Of a stretch of DNA of 64,000 nt, positions 33,101 through 39,889 are shown in pieces. The notes below the pieces were generated by a model that was given only the letters and a program-made list of their open reading frames with translations, was not told the origin of the DNA and ran no database searches. A program made the position numbers and the translations under genes. Source of the DNA: Flavobacteriales bacterium (GTDB lineage: Bacteria; Bacteroidota; Bacteroidia; Palsa-965); the NCBI GenBank assembly GCA_040377305.1, contig JBEIPA010000017.1:32001-96000 (forward strand), in the 5' to 3' direction. Positions within the stretch are counted from its first letter, which is position 1, and every line of letters starts with the position of its first letter.

Positions 33101-35520
33101 CAGAGCCACCTGCACTTGCAGCTACAACTTCGTTCACGCAATCAACTTGTTCTCAGGCAAACGGTTCTGCTGATGTAACAGTAACGGGTGGTACGGGTCC
33201 AGGAACTTACACGTACGTGTGGGCTCCTTCAGGCGGAACTGCTGCACTTGAAACGAACCTCGCTGCCGGTACTTACACAGTAACATTTACAGATGCTAAC
33301 GGATGTATCGATACAGCACAAGTAACTGTACCGAACGCTGCTTCTCCTGCAATCGTTGTTTCAGGTACAACAGCCGTAACATGCTTCGGTGGTGCCGACG
33401 GAACTGCAACAACGGTTACAACAGGCGGTACTGCTCCATATACGTATGCTTGGGCACTCACTGGCGGAACAGGTTCAGTGGGCACAGGAATGATCGCAGG
33501 TAACTACACAGTAACTGTTACTGATGCGAACGGATGTACTGCAACTGCAACTACAATTATCACAGAGCCTACGTTGGTAACTGCAACGTCATCTACAACA
33601 GATGTAATCTGTAATGCAGGTGCAACAGGAACTGCAACTGCTGTTGGTGCCGGTGGTATCGGACCTTACACGTATAGCTGGAGTACTGTTCCTGTTCAAA
33701 CGACAGCAACTGCAACGGCTCTCCTTGCTGGATCTTATACGTGCACAGTAACTGATGCAAACGGATGTTCAACTACAACTTCAGTAACAGTTGTTGAACC
33801 TACACAGGTTACTTCAACGATCTCCGGAGTTGATATCCTTTGCTTCGGTGGTAACAACGGTTCTGCAACGGTAACTCCTGCGGGTGGTATCGGACCATAC
33901 ACGTACATGTGGTCACCATCTGCTCAGACAACGCAGACTGCAACTACATTGACAGCGCAGACTTACTCATGTGATATCACAGATGCGAACGGATGTTCAA
34001 TCACAATCACGATTACGTTGACTGAGCCACCAGCACTTTCTGCGGTGACTTCATTCACACAGTCGACTTGTGGTGCTTCAAACGGTACAGCTGATGTAGT
34101 CGTATCGGGTGGTGCTGGTCCTTACACCTACTTGTGGAATCCTTCAGGAGGAACCAGTTCAACAGAGCCGAACATTCCTGCAGGTCCTTACACAGTATTG
34201 ATTACAGATTCTAATATGTGTACACTCACTGCTTCCGTAACGGTTCCAAGTGCACCAGGACCAGTTGCAGTGATTGCACCTCCGAGCAATGTACTTTGCT
34301 TCGGCGGTAACACAGGCTCAGCATTAGCAAGTGTTTCATCGGGTGGTACTGGTCCATTCAGTTATGTGTGGAGCAACAACGATCTGGATTCTCTTGCAGG
34401 AAACCTCATTGCAGGTAACTACTCGGTAGTAATTACAGATGCGAACGGTTGTACTTCATCGGCTTCTGTTCTGATTACGGAGCCACCACTACTCACAGTT
34501 CAGGCAAATGCTAACCCGAATACGATTTGTGCGGGTACAGTAGTTGCACTTTCTTCGAACGCGGGCGGTGGAGTTCCGGCATATACTTTCGATTGGACTC
34601 CAGGTCCGTTGAGTGGAGCTAACCAGAACGTGACACCAATGGTTTCAACAACATTCGTAGTGACTGTTACTGATGCGAACGGATGTACAACAACACAAAA
34701 CGTACCGGTGACGGTGAATCCGCTTCCGGTAGCTGTTGTGGGTGCAGACGTAACACAAGGTTGTGCACCAGTTTGTGTGAACTTCGCTGATCTTTCAACG
34801 ATCGCGTCAGGTACTATCACGAGCTGGGCGTGGGACTTCGGTGATGGCAACACATCGAACGTGCAGAATCCACCACTCCACTGCTACGACAGCGCAGGTG
34901 TTTACACGGTAACGTTGTTTGTAACCAGCTCTGACGGATGTTCGCAAACGATTGTGATGAACAACTACATCACCGTATTTGCAAATCCAGTTGCGGCGTT
35001 CGGTGCTGGTCCATTGCCAACTACGATTCTGAATCCTGAAATCTTCTTCACAGATTCATCGACACTGGCAGCTGAATGGAACTGGAACTTCGGCGACTTC
35101 CTGAATTCTGCTTCAACAGATCAGAATCCATCATTCACTTACAACGAAGCCGATTGTTACCTGGTAACATTAGAGGTAACATCATCTGATGGATGTGTTG
35201 ATACTGCGACTCAGGAAATCTGTATCGGACCAGATGTATCAATCTATGTTCCGAATACGTTCACGCCAAACGGAAACGGATTGAACGATGTGTTCATCCC
35301 AATTACAATCGGTATAGATCCGGAACAGTATGAACTTTGGATCTTCGATCGTTGGGGCAACATGATTTTCTACACGAACGATCTCGATGAAGGTTGGGAT
35401 GGACGTGTTCAGGGTATGACAGAAATCGTACAGCAGGACACGTATGTCTGGAAGATTGTTGCGAAAGATTTGGTGGGTAACCAGCATAATTTGATTGGAC
35501 ATATTAACGTGATCAAATAG
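24136..35520 (+). CDS. giant SprB-repeat / PKD adhesin with T9SS type B CTD, 3794 aa
   Basis: Signal peptide; N-terminal domain paralogous to the upstream gene; about 41 SprB-type modules; two PKD domains; CTD YVPNTFTPNGNGLND...IFDRWG. Confidence 0.93.
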   Translation: MAQPLHARRVKSAHTSRVLIFVVVSFLFFGFQNLLAQATGPVVCPVNAGADVSICAPNCAPLSGTYTQVNAPTNYAVSSIPYAPDPFTTGTNVALFDDQWSAAINIGFPFCFYGNTYTQVLIGSNGLISFNVALAGGYCQWPINAAVPSAADPMNTVMGPWQDLYPPGGGTIRYTIYGTAPCRRFVVSWNQMPMYSCTSTLCTQQITLYETSNVIDNYIQTKPLCTGWNAGTAIQAVHNAAGTAAVAVAGRNYPTQWTTTNDARRWTPSGANMTSIGWYIGAALQSTAQNYTPCPTATTTYNFTATYTNCNGTTVQQTDQVVVTVSSLTVTATQTNLTCFNNCTGSSTVTASGGGPYSYNWSPAPGGGQGTATATGLCAQSYTCVVTGAGGCTGQVVVNITQPPQIALVPTQTNVLCNGVCNGAASVVASGGTGVYTYVWAPAPGGGQGTANATGLCAGTYTVTVSSPAGCTRTQAFTITQPPALASTGSHTNILCNGACTGAASVTPSGGVGPYTYSWAPSGGTASSTTGRCVGTYTVTFTDANGCTGTRVFNITQPTAVTTTGGQTNVTCNGACTGSATVTPSGGVGPYTYVWSPAPGGGQGTAIATGLCANTYTVTVTDANGCTATRIYTITQPPVIALVPTQTNVLCNGQCNGAASVVASGGTGTYTYVWAPAPGAGQGTANATGLCAGNYTVTVSSPAGCTRTQIFNITAPPALTSTGSHTNILCNGACTGAATVTPSGGVGPYTYSWAPSGGTAATTTGRCAGTYTVTFTDANGCTGTRTFNITAPPALTSTGSQTNILCNGACTGAASVTPSGGVGPYTYSWAPSGGTASSTTGRCVGTYTVTFTDANGCTGTRIYNITQPPALTSTTSFTQATCNMSNGLASVTPSGGVGPYTYLWAPSGGTGATTTPRPAGIYTVTFTDANGCTGTATVNIPNAAAPTATITAVVNVTCFGASTGSATVAASGGTGPYTYAWTPSGGTGTTTTPRPAGNYTVTVTDANGCTVQQTVAITQPPAITLTPTQTNVLCNGGLTGSASVVASGGTGTFTYAWAPSGGTGATATGLGAGTYTVTVSSPAGCTATQTYTITAPPALTSTGTQTNILCNAACTGAASVTVTGGVGPYTYLWAPSGGTAAGTTGRCVGTYTVTFTDANGCTGTRSFTITQPTALAATTSFTQATCNMSNGSASVSVSGGVGPYTYLWAPLGGTTATVTGRPAGTYTVTYTDANGCTGTATVTIPNAAAPTATITATVNVTCFGASTGGATVAASGGTGPYTYAWTPSGGTGSSTTGRPAGTYTVTVTDANGCTVQATVTITQPPAITLTPTQTNVLCNGGLTGSASVVASGGTGTYTYAWAPSGGTGATATGLGAGTYTVTVSSPAGCTATQIFNITAPPVLTTTGAQTNVLCNGGTTGSATVTPSGGVGPYTYSWAPTGGTAAIATGLTAQTYTVTVTDANGCTATRTFTITQPPALTSTTSFTQATCNMSNGSASVAVSGGVGPYTYSWAPTGGTGATASGQPSGIYTVTFTDANGCTGTATVNIPNAAAPSATITATTPVVCFGGNTGSATVAASGGTGPYTYAWAPIGGTGTTGTNLTAQTYTVTVTDVNGCTATATTTITQPTAVTATAASSPVLCNGGSTGSATVTPAGGIGPYTYAWAPSGGTAATATGLNATTYTVTVTDANGCTTTAMTTVTQPTAVTATAASSPVLCNGGTTGSATVTPVGGTGPYTFAWAPTGGTAAIATGLNANTYTVTVTDANGCTITAITTVTQPPALSATTSFTQATCGASNGSASVAVTGGVGPYTYAWAPAGGTGATATGLAANTYTVTFTDANGCTGTASVTVPNAASPSATITATTNVSCFGGNNGSATVAASGGTGPYTYAWTPIGGTGTVGTNLTAQIYTVTVTDANGCSTTATATITEPPLLTATATSSPVLCFGGTTGSATVTASGGVAPYTYAWSPTGGTATTATGLNATTYTVTVTDANGCTTTAMTTVTEPTAVTATAVMTPVLCNGGNTGTATATPGGGVGPYTYSWSPSGQTTATATNLTAQSYTVTVTDANGCTVTASVTVTEPPALAATTSFTQATCGATNGSASVNVTGGVGPYTYSWSPSGGTGSTATGLGANVYTVTFTDANGCTGTATVNVPNAAAPSITITGTTAVTCFGGNDGTASTSASGGTAPYTYSWALTGGTGATGIGMIAGNYTVTVTDANGCTATATTTITEPTQVTATSSTTDVICNGNATGTATAVGAGGIAPYTYLWSSGGTNALETGLLAGSYTCTVTDANGCTTTTIATVVEPTQVTSTISGVDILCNGGNNGSATVIPAGGIGPYTYLWTPTAQTTATASTLTAGTYSCDITDANGCSITVTITLTEPAALTATTSFTQATCGAANGSAVVTVNGGISPYTYLWSSGGTAALETGLAANTYTVTFTDANGCSDTAQVTVPNAASPVITVTGTTPVTCFGGNDGTASTNTTGGTAPYTYAWALTGGTGATGTGMVAGNYTVTVTDANGCTSTATTTITEPTLVTATSTTTDVICNGNATGTATAVGAGGIAPYTYLWSSGGTNALETGLLAGSYTCTVTDANGCTTTTIATVVEPTQVTSTISGVDILCNGGNNGSATVVPAGGIGPYTYLWTPTAQTTATATTLLAGTYSCDITDANGCSITVTITLTEPAALTATTSFTQATCSQANGSADVTVSGGIGPYTYSWSSGGTAALETGLAANTYTVTFTDANGCSDTAQVTVPNAASPAIVVSGTTAVTCFGGADGTATTVTTGGTAPYTYAWALTGGTGSVGTGMIAGNYTVTVTDANGCTATATTTITEPTLVTATSSTTDVICNGDATGTATAVGAGGIAPYTYLWSSGGTNALETGLAAGSYTCTVTDANGCTTTTSVTVVEPTQVTSTISGVDILCFGGNNGSATVTPAGGIGPYTYLWSPSAQTTATATTLTAQTYSCDITDANGCSITLTITLTEPPALAATTSFTQSTCSQANGSADVTVTGGTGPGTYTYVWAPSGGTAALETNLAAGTYTVTFTDANGCIDTAQVTVPNAASPAIVVSGTTAVTCFGGADGTATTVTTGGTAPYTYAWALTGGTGSVGTGMIAGNYTVTVTDANGCTATATTIITEPTLVTATSSTTDVICNAGATGTATAVGAGGIGPYTYSWSTVPVQTTATATALLAGSYTCTVTDANGCSTTTSVTVVEPTQVTSTISGVDILCFGGNNGSATVTPAGGIGPYTYMWSPSAQTTQTATTLTAQTYSCDITDANGCSITITITLTEPPALSAVTSFTQSTCGASNGTADVVVSGGAGPYTYLWNPSGGTSSTEPNIPAGPYTVLITDSNMCTLTASVTVPSAPGPVAVIAPPSNVLCFGGNTGSALASVSSGGTGPFSYVWSNNDLDSLAGNLIAGNYSVVITDANGCTSSASVLITEPPLLTVQANANPNTICAGTVVALSSNAGGGVPAYTFDWTPGPLSGANQNVTPMVSTTFVVTVTDANGCTTTQNVPVTVNPLPVAVVGADVTQGCAPVCVNFADLSTIASGTITSWAWDFGDGNTSNVQNPPLHCYDSAGVYTVTLFVTSSDGCSQTIVMNNYITVFANPVAAFGAGPLPTTILNPEIFFTDSSTLAAEWNWNFGDFLNSASTDQNPSFTYNEADCYLVTLEVTSSDGCVDTATQEICIGPDVSIYVPNTFTPNGNGLNDVFIPITIGIDPEQYELWIFDRWGNMIFYTNDLDEGWDGRVQGMTEIVQQDTYVWKIVAKDLVGNQHNLIGHINVIK

Positions 35521-35563
35521 ACGACAGGCTTCAGTCGGGAGACTGGAGTAAATGATAAATGTA

Positions 35564-35592
35564 AAAGGGCGATTCATTGTGAATCGCCCTTT
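35564..35592. terminator. bidirectional intrinsic terminator
   Basis: AAAGGGCGATTCA-TTG-TGAATCGCCCTTT is a perfect stem between convergent genes; it is nested in an outer inverted repeat (35536-35550 / 35618-35632). Confidence 0.85.
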
Positions 35593-35654
35593 CTCTTTCT
35601 AACGTACTGAATTCGCGTACTCCCGTCTCCCGCCTGTAGTATGTCATCCAACAA

Positions 35655-36356
35655 CTATGCGCCTGTCAACAGCACATGCTTTATTTCCCCATTCCCATAT
35701 TGCTTCACATCTTTCACGTTGGCATCTCCTGAATAGTGAATGAATCCGCTTCCGTAATGTGACATACTGATGTTCTCGTTCGCGTGAAGCAAAATATTTC
35801 CAACGGCCATGTTGCTGATCGTGACATCTCCTGCCTGCACTTGTGATGCATCAAAGTTTCCTGTGCTCTGATTTTTGATCTCCAGTTTCTCACAACTGCC
35901 TTTGAGTGTGATATTGCCGACGGCTTGCGCGAATATCTTCAAAGAGGGACAAACAATATTCAGTTCAGAGTCTGCCACGCTTTGAATTTTTACATCGAGC
36001 GGCTCCTTCAAAACGAGTTGTTTCGGGCAAAATGTTCTGCCGTCGTGATTTCGCAGAATAATTTTGTTGAGCTGACGAAAAAACACTTTGACAGTGCAGG
36101 ATGTGAACACCGGCTTTCGCAGATTGCCTTCATTTGAAACGTAAAGTGTTCTACCGGCATTGGTGGCTGCGAAATATTCCATCAGGTTTTCGTCCGCTTC
36201 CATCGTTACTTTTTCTTCATCGCTTTGATGCAATTCGATTGTTCCCGTACAGCCGAGATGCAATCGTATATAAGTGCTCACACTTATTTCACGGGAAACA
36301 ATGTTTCCATTTCCTTGTACTTCTACCATTTTCCTAAGATTTTTAAAACTGACCAT
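35655..36356 (-). CDS. GIN/DUF2807 head-domain protein
   Basis: VQGNGNIVS, EADENLM, beta-helix repeats, GSGFIHYSG and GNGEIK; no signal peptide. Confidence 0.82.
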   Translation of the reverse strand: MVSFKNLRKMVEVQGNGNIVSREISVSTYIRLHLGCTGTIELHQSDEEKVTMEADENLMEYFAATNAGRTLYVSNEGNLRKPVFTSCTVKVFFRQLNKIILRNHDGRTFCPKQLVLKEPLDVKIQSVADSELNIVCPSLKIFAQAVGNITLKGSCEKLEIKNQSTGNFDASQVQAGDVTISNMAVGNILLHANENISMSHYGSGFIHYSGDANVKDVKQYGNGEIKHVLLTGA

Positions 36357-36366
36357 GTGCTTTGTC

Positions 36367-36585
36367 TTAATCGTTAAACACTTCGCAAGAAAATCCTTGT
36401 TGCTTCACAAGTTCAATGATCTGCTGAGTAGGTACGGGCGCCCACGCTCCTACTACGCGCAACATTTTGTCGTTATCGTCCAGTTCCAGCGTTGCAACGA
36501 CACCCGGAATCTGTTCCCGGATAGCCATAAGTACCTGTTTTTTAGCTCCTTTGTGCTGAATGTTGGTTCTGAACAATTCGATCAT
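36367..36585 (-). CDS. small HMA-like fold hypothetical protein
   Basis: MIELFRTNI...LELDDNDKMLRV...GFSCEV pattern; ATG 36585 chosen; TACTTTTG -7 box upstream. Confidence 0.7.
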   Translation of the reverse strand: MIELFRTNIQHKGAKKQVLMAIREQIPGVVATLELDDNDKMLRVVGAWAPVPTQQIIELVKQQGFSCEVFND

Positions 36586-36639
36586 GCGTATGAGTGTTTG
36601 AATTTGTTGAAGCAAAAGTAGACGAGAACAAATCCCGCC

Positions 36640-36670
36640 ATATTATATTATAAGTAGCATATATTATATT
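36640..36670. promoter_or_regulatory. candidate AraC-family operator
   Basis: ATATTATATT at 36640-36649 and 36661-36670 (21-nt period), between the AraC gene and the divergent promoter. Confidence 0.55.
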
Positions 36671-36679
36671 TACAGTATT

Positions 36680-37432
36680 ATGGGAATTCGGATTATTCGA
36701 CAAAATTCACAGGAGATGCTGGTGCAACCCTTCGCGCGCAGCGGAAAACGCACGCGTACCCTGCAGTTGTGGTTCGATGTGCAGAAGCATAACCTCAATC
36801 TGGTTTGCGCGAACAAAAAACTGAAGCAAAATTTTGTCGTTGAGTTTTCACTGAGTTCGTTTGAATTGATTGCATCAACAGGAATTGACGCGCTAAAGTC
36901 ATTCGCGCATAAATTAAAGAGCGCGGGAACTCATTCCTTTTCGAAGCAAGCGTTACCGATGGATGCGGCCATGCATCAGTGCATCTATAGAATCACCCAC
37001 TATAGCGGAGAAGAAAGTGTGAAGAACATGTATCTCTACGGACAAGTTGTTGAATTGCTTGTTCTCATGCAGATGTGTTACATCAGACACACAACAACAC
37101 AACCTGTTCACATCCGAAATGAATATGATAAGGAACGAATTCTCTATGCGCGTGATTATTTGCTCACTCATATGGATGCACCACCCGGATTGCCACAGCT
37201 CGCCGCGATTGTTGGCATCAACGAGTTCAAACTGAAATGCGGATTCAAAGAAATGTTCGGTCAGCCCCCGTTCACATACTTAGCCGATGTGCGGTTGGAA
37301 ATGGGGAGAACTGCTTTGCAGAAAAAAGAAAAGACGATTACGCAAATTGCATTCGAGCTGGGATATGCCTCGCTGCAACATTTTAGTATGGCGTTCAAGA
37401 AGAAGTTCGGAATGTCGCCGGGGAAAGTCTGA
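36680..37432 (+). CDS. AraC family transcriptional regulator
   Basis: LAAIVGINEFKLKCGFKEMFG...IAFELGY...HFSMAFKKKFGMSP double HTH. Confidence 0.93.
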   Translation: MGIRIIRQNSQEMLVQPFARSGKRTRTLQLWFDVQKHNLNLVCANKKLKQNFVVEFSLSSFELIASTGIDALKSFAHKLKSAGTHSFSKQALPMDAAMHQCIYRITHYSGEESVKNMYLYGQVVELLVLMQMCYIRHTTTQPVHIRNEYDKERILYARDYLLTHMDAPPGLPQLAAIVGINEFKLKCGFKEMFGQPPFTYLADVRLEMGRTALQKKEKTITQIAFELGYASLQHFSMAFKKKFGMSPGKV

Positions 37433-37558
37433 AATTTCACGGCTTATTTTCAACACAGAAAAAAACTGATGCAACGGATTAACACGGATTTAGTGGTAGT
37501 GACAAAAACAAAACGTGCCATACTTTTTAGCACATTATCCCATTAGCACACTAGCACA

Positions 37559-37966
37559 TTAAATCCGATTGACATTCATCACCGTCGCTTCTCCGTTGAT
37601 GACAACATCGCCGGTTGCTTTGTCAACGATTACGGTCTCCACATTCGCGCGATGTTTCTCTTTGTTTACTTCTTTCACCGTCATACGAACTTCGTAAGCA
37701 ACGTTCACAAACATCGGGCGCATGAAGGCCATGGACTGTTTCATGTAAATCGTTCCTTCACCTGGAAAAAGTGTTCCGAAAACTTTTGAAAAAACCGATC
37801 CTCCGAGAAATCCGTGCATGATTGGTTTCTTGAACATGGTGTTCGCAGCATAAGCTTCATCAAGGTGAACAGGATTTTTGTCGCCTGTTACGTTTGCGAA
37901 TTGCACTACTTCGTCTTGCGTGAAAGAAAATTCGTGCGTGTAGGTTGTTCCGGCTTCGATAGTCAT
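37559..37966 (-). CDS. phaJ: MaoC-family (R)-specific enoyl-CoA hydratase
   Basis: Hydratase-2 motif FANVTGDKNPVHLD..YA, PIMHG and PG.GTIY..Q...F.RP; divergent from phaEC; ATG 37966. Confidence 0.82.
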   Translation of the reverse strand: MTIEAGTTYTHEFSFTQDEVVQFANVTGDKNPVHLDEAYAANTMFKKPIMHGFLGGSVFSKVFGTLFPGEGTIYMKQSMAFMRPMFVNVAYEVRMTVKEVNKEKHRANVETVIVDKATGDVVINGEATVMNVNRI

Positions 37967-38042
37967 GATCTTCTTTTTTCTCGGTGTGAACGCGAACTTA
38001 CAATAAAAAGTGAGACGTGCTTTTTCGTTACGCCTTCGGCGT

Positions 38043-38149
38043 TTTGCCACAGATTCGCAGATTACGCTGATCTCGCAGATTAAAATATTCGCGGATAACG
38101 TTAAGAAATGAATTTGCGCAATCTGAGAAATCTGCGAATCTGCGGCAAA
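38043..38149. repeat. 8-9-nt-period inverted array (GCAGATT family)
   Basis: TTTGCCACAGATTCGCAGATT... at 38043-38081 pairs with ...AATCTGCGAATCTGCGGCAAA at 38111-38149. Confidence 0.75.
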
Positions 38150-38234
38150 GCGCGTTTACGCGCAAGGGAAAGAAACATGAGGATTTGATAACAACAAGGA
38201 CACTTGAAATTCAGCCGAGATGCCGATTTTTGCC

Positions 38235-38264
38235 ACGAATAAGGGTTATCGGTCGACGAATAAG
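38235..38264 (+). promoter_or_regulatory. candidate LytTR-type operator upstream of phaE
   Basis: ACGAATAAG-N12-ACGAATAAG, a perfect 9-bp direct repeat. Confidence 0.55.
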
Positions 38265-38282
38265 ATTTTTTTACCTGTTTAA

Positions 38283-38313
38283 TTGACTTGAGCCTCCTTT
38301 TCACGTACCTTTG
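38283..38313 (+). promoter_or_regulatory. Bacteroidota sigma-A promoter of phaEC
   Basis: TTG (38283) - 20 nt - TACCTTTG (38306-38313) matches the -33/-7 consensus. Confidence 0.7.
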
Positions 38314-38375
38314 CACCCGTTAAACCCAAGAACAAACCATTTAACTGAAAATCAACAAGTTACAAGCAAATAATC

Positions 38376-39773
38376 ATGGAAAACAAGAATTTCTTCGAGG
38401 CGTGGTTGGAAACACAGAAACAATTGATGGACAACTGGACTGAAAGCAACAACAAATTGCAGGAGTCGGTAAAGTCTGGAAATGCTTCTAAAGACGGTTT
38501 CTCTATCTACCAGGAGTGGTTGAGCAAACAAGCGGAGATCACGAAGAAAGCAACTGAGAATGCTACGGTAGATGCAAAAGCATCTTTCGAAAAAGCTTCT
38601 GAGTCGTTCAAGAACCAGGCGAACCTTGGTGACATCTACAACAACTGGGTGAAAGCACAGCAAGAGAATGCTGCAAAAGCATTTGATGCTTACAAAGGAT
38701 TCACACCTTCATTCAACGGATTTAATGGTTTTAACGGATTCAACGGCTTCAATAATTTCAACAATCCAGCTGACATGACGAAGAACTGGATGGAGACGTC
38801 TAAAAATTTCTACGAGCAGTACGCGAAAAACTTTGGACAGGCGAACAATCCGTTTGCTGAGTGGACAAAGAATTTCAACAACGATACTACGAAAGATGCG
38901 TGGGCTAAAATGACTGAAGCGAACAAAGGTTTCTTTGCTTTCTTCGAACAGTGGAAGCCAGCATTCGACGCTGCACAGAACAACACGTTCAACACGGAGT
39001 GGTTCAAGAATTCTTTCAATCCGTCTTCTTTCCGTGAACTTATGGACAAGACTTTGGAGCAGATTTCTCCTTCACACATGAGTGAATTGGTTTCTCAGTA
39101 CAAGAACTGGTCTGAGATGGCAACTAACTACAGCAAGAATGCATACAATCAGTGGGTGAACCAACTTCCTGAGAACATGCGTACTTCTACACCATTCACT
39201 TTCTGGCAGAACATCCAGGAGCAGTCTGGCAATAATCCTTTCACAGCATTCCAGAAATCGGTAATGCCTGTTTTCTCTTTCTTCAATCAGGGGAAAGAAG
39301 GTGAAGTGCAGGAGTTGACAGTTTCTGTTCTTGAGAAGACAGCAGACTACGGACAGAAGCTCAACGAAATGCAGCGTATCCTTTACGTGAACGGTGCTAA
39401 ACTTTGGGAGACTTTTGTAACTGAGAACGCTGATAAAATGCGTAAAGGAACAGACCTGAGCAACACGCAGGAAGTATTCCAGAAATGGGTTGCTTATTGC
39501 GAAGAGTCTTTCATCGGAATCTATCGCGGTGAAGAGTACTCGAAAATTCAGGCTGAGCTTCTTGATCTTTCTCTCGAGATTCGTCAGAAAAATGAGAAGA
39601 TCCAGGAAATTGCTCTTGCAAACACTCCTGTAGTTCTTCGCAGCGAAGCAGATGAGCTTTACGAAACAATTTACGAATTGCGTAAGCGCGTTTCTTCTCT
39701 TGAGAAACAACTCGGAGCTGAAGAAGTAAAAGAAAGCAAACCAACTTCTACTAAGAAGAAGGCAACTGCTTAA
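38376..39773 (+). CDS. phaE: class III PHA synthase subunit PhaE, extended
   Basis: C-terminal FQKWV..CEE.F......EEY...Q..L and P.V.RSE.DEL...IYELRKRV..LE PhaE signature; lies directly upstream of phaC. Confidence 0.82.
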   Translation: MENKNFFEAWLETQKQLMDNWTESNNKLQESVKSGNASKDGFSIYQEWLSKQAEITKKATENATVDAKASFEKASESFKNQANLGDIYNNWVKAQQENAAKAFDAYKGFTPSFNGFNGFNGFNGFNNFNNPADMTKNWMETSKNFYEQYAKNFGQANNPFAEWTKNFNNDTTKDAWAKMTEANKGFFAFFEQWKPAFDAAQNNTFNTEWFKNSFNPSSFRELMDKTLEQISPSHMSELVSQYKNWSEMATNYSKNAYNQWVNQLPENMRTSTPFTFWQNIQEQSGNNPFTAFQKSVMPVFSFFNQGKEGEVQELTVSVLEKTADYGQKLNEMQRILYVNGAKLWETFVTENADKMRKGTDLSNTQEVFQKWVAYCEESFIGIYRGEEYSKIQAELLDLSLEIRQKNEKIQEIALANTPVVLRSEADELYETIYELRKRVSSLEKQLGAEEVKESKPTSTKKKATA

Positions 39774-39774
39774 A

Positions 39775-39882
39775 CCGATTAGTTGATTACCGATTAGTTG
39801 ATTAGTTGATGGCAAACACCACTAGCCCAACTAATCGGTACTTCTACAATTAACTAATTGGAAATCGGAAATCTACTAATCG
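39775..39882. repeat. 7-8-nt-period inverted array between phaE and phaC
   Basis: CCGATTAGTTGATTA repeats face CAACTAATCGG, AACTAATTGG and CTACTAATCG. Confidence 0.7.
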
Positions 39883-39889
39883 TATTTGC

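Noticed and set aside
18773-34853. Numerous 60-130-aa alternative-frame and antisense ORFs inside the two adhesin genes
   Set aside because: Shadow ORFs produced by repetitive Thr/Gly/Ala/Val codons; no independent signals or motifs
18710-35520. Calling either adhesin sprB, or a DGR target
   Set aside because: No sprC/sprD/sprF context, so orthology is unsupported; no reverse transcriptase or adenine-specific variable repeat pair seen
39072-39815. 247-aa antisense ORF over phaE
   Set aside because: Mirror of a strongly codon-biased gene; no recognisable domain, and it starts inside a repeat array
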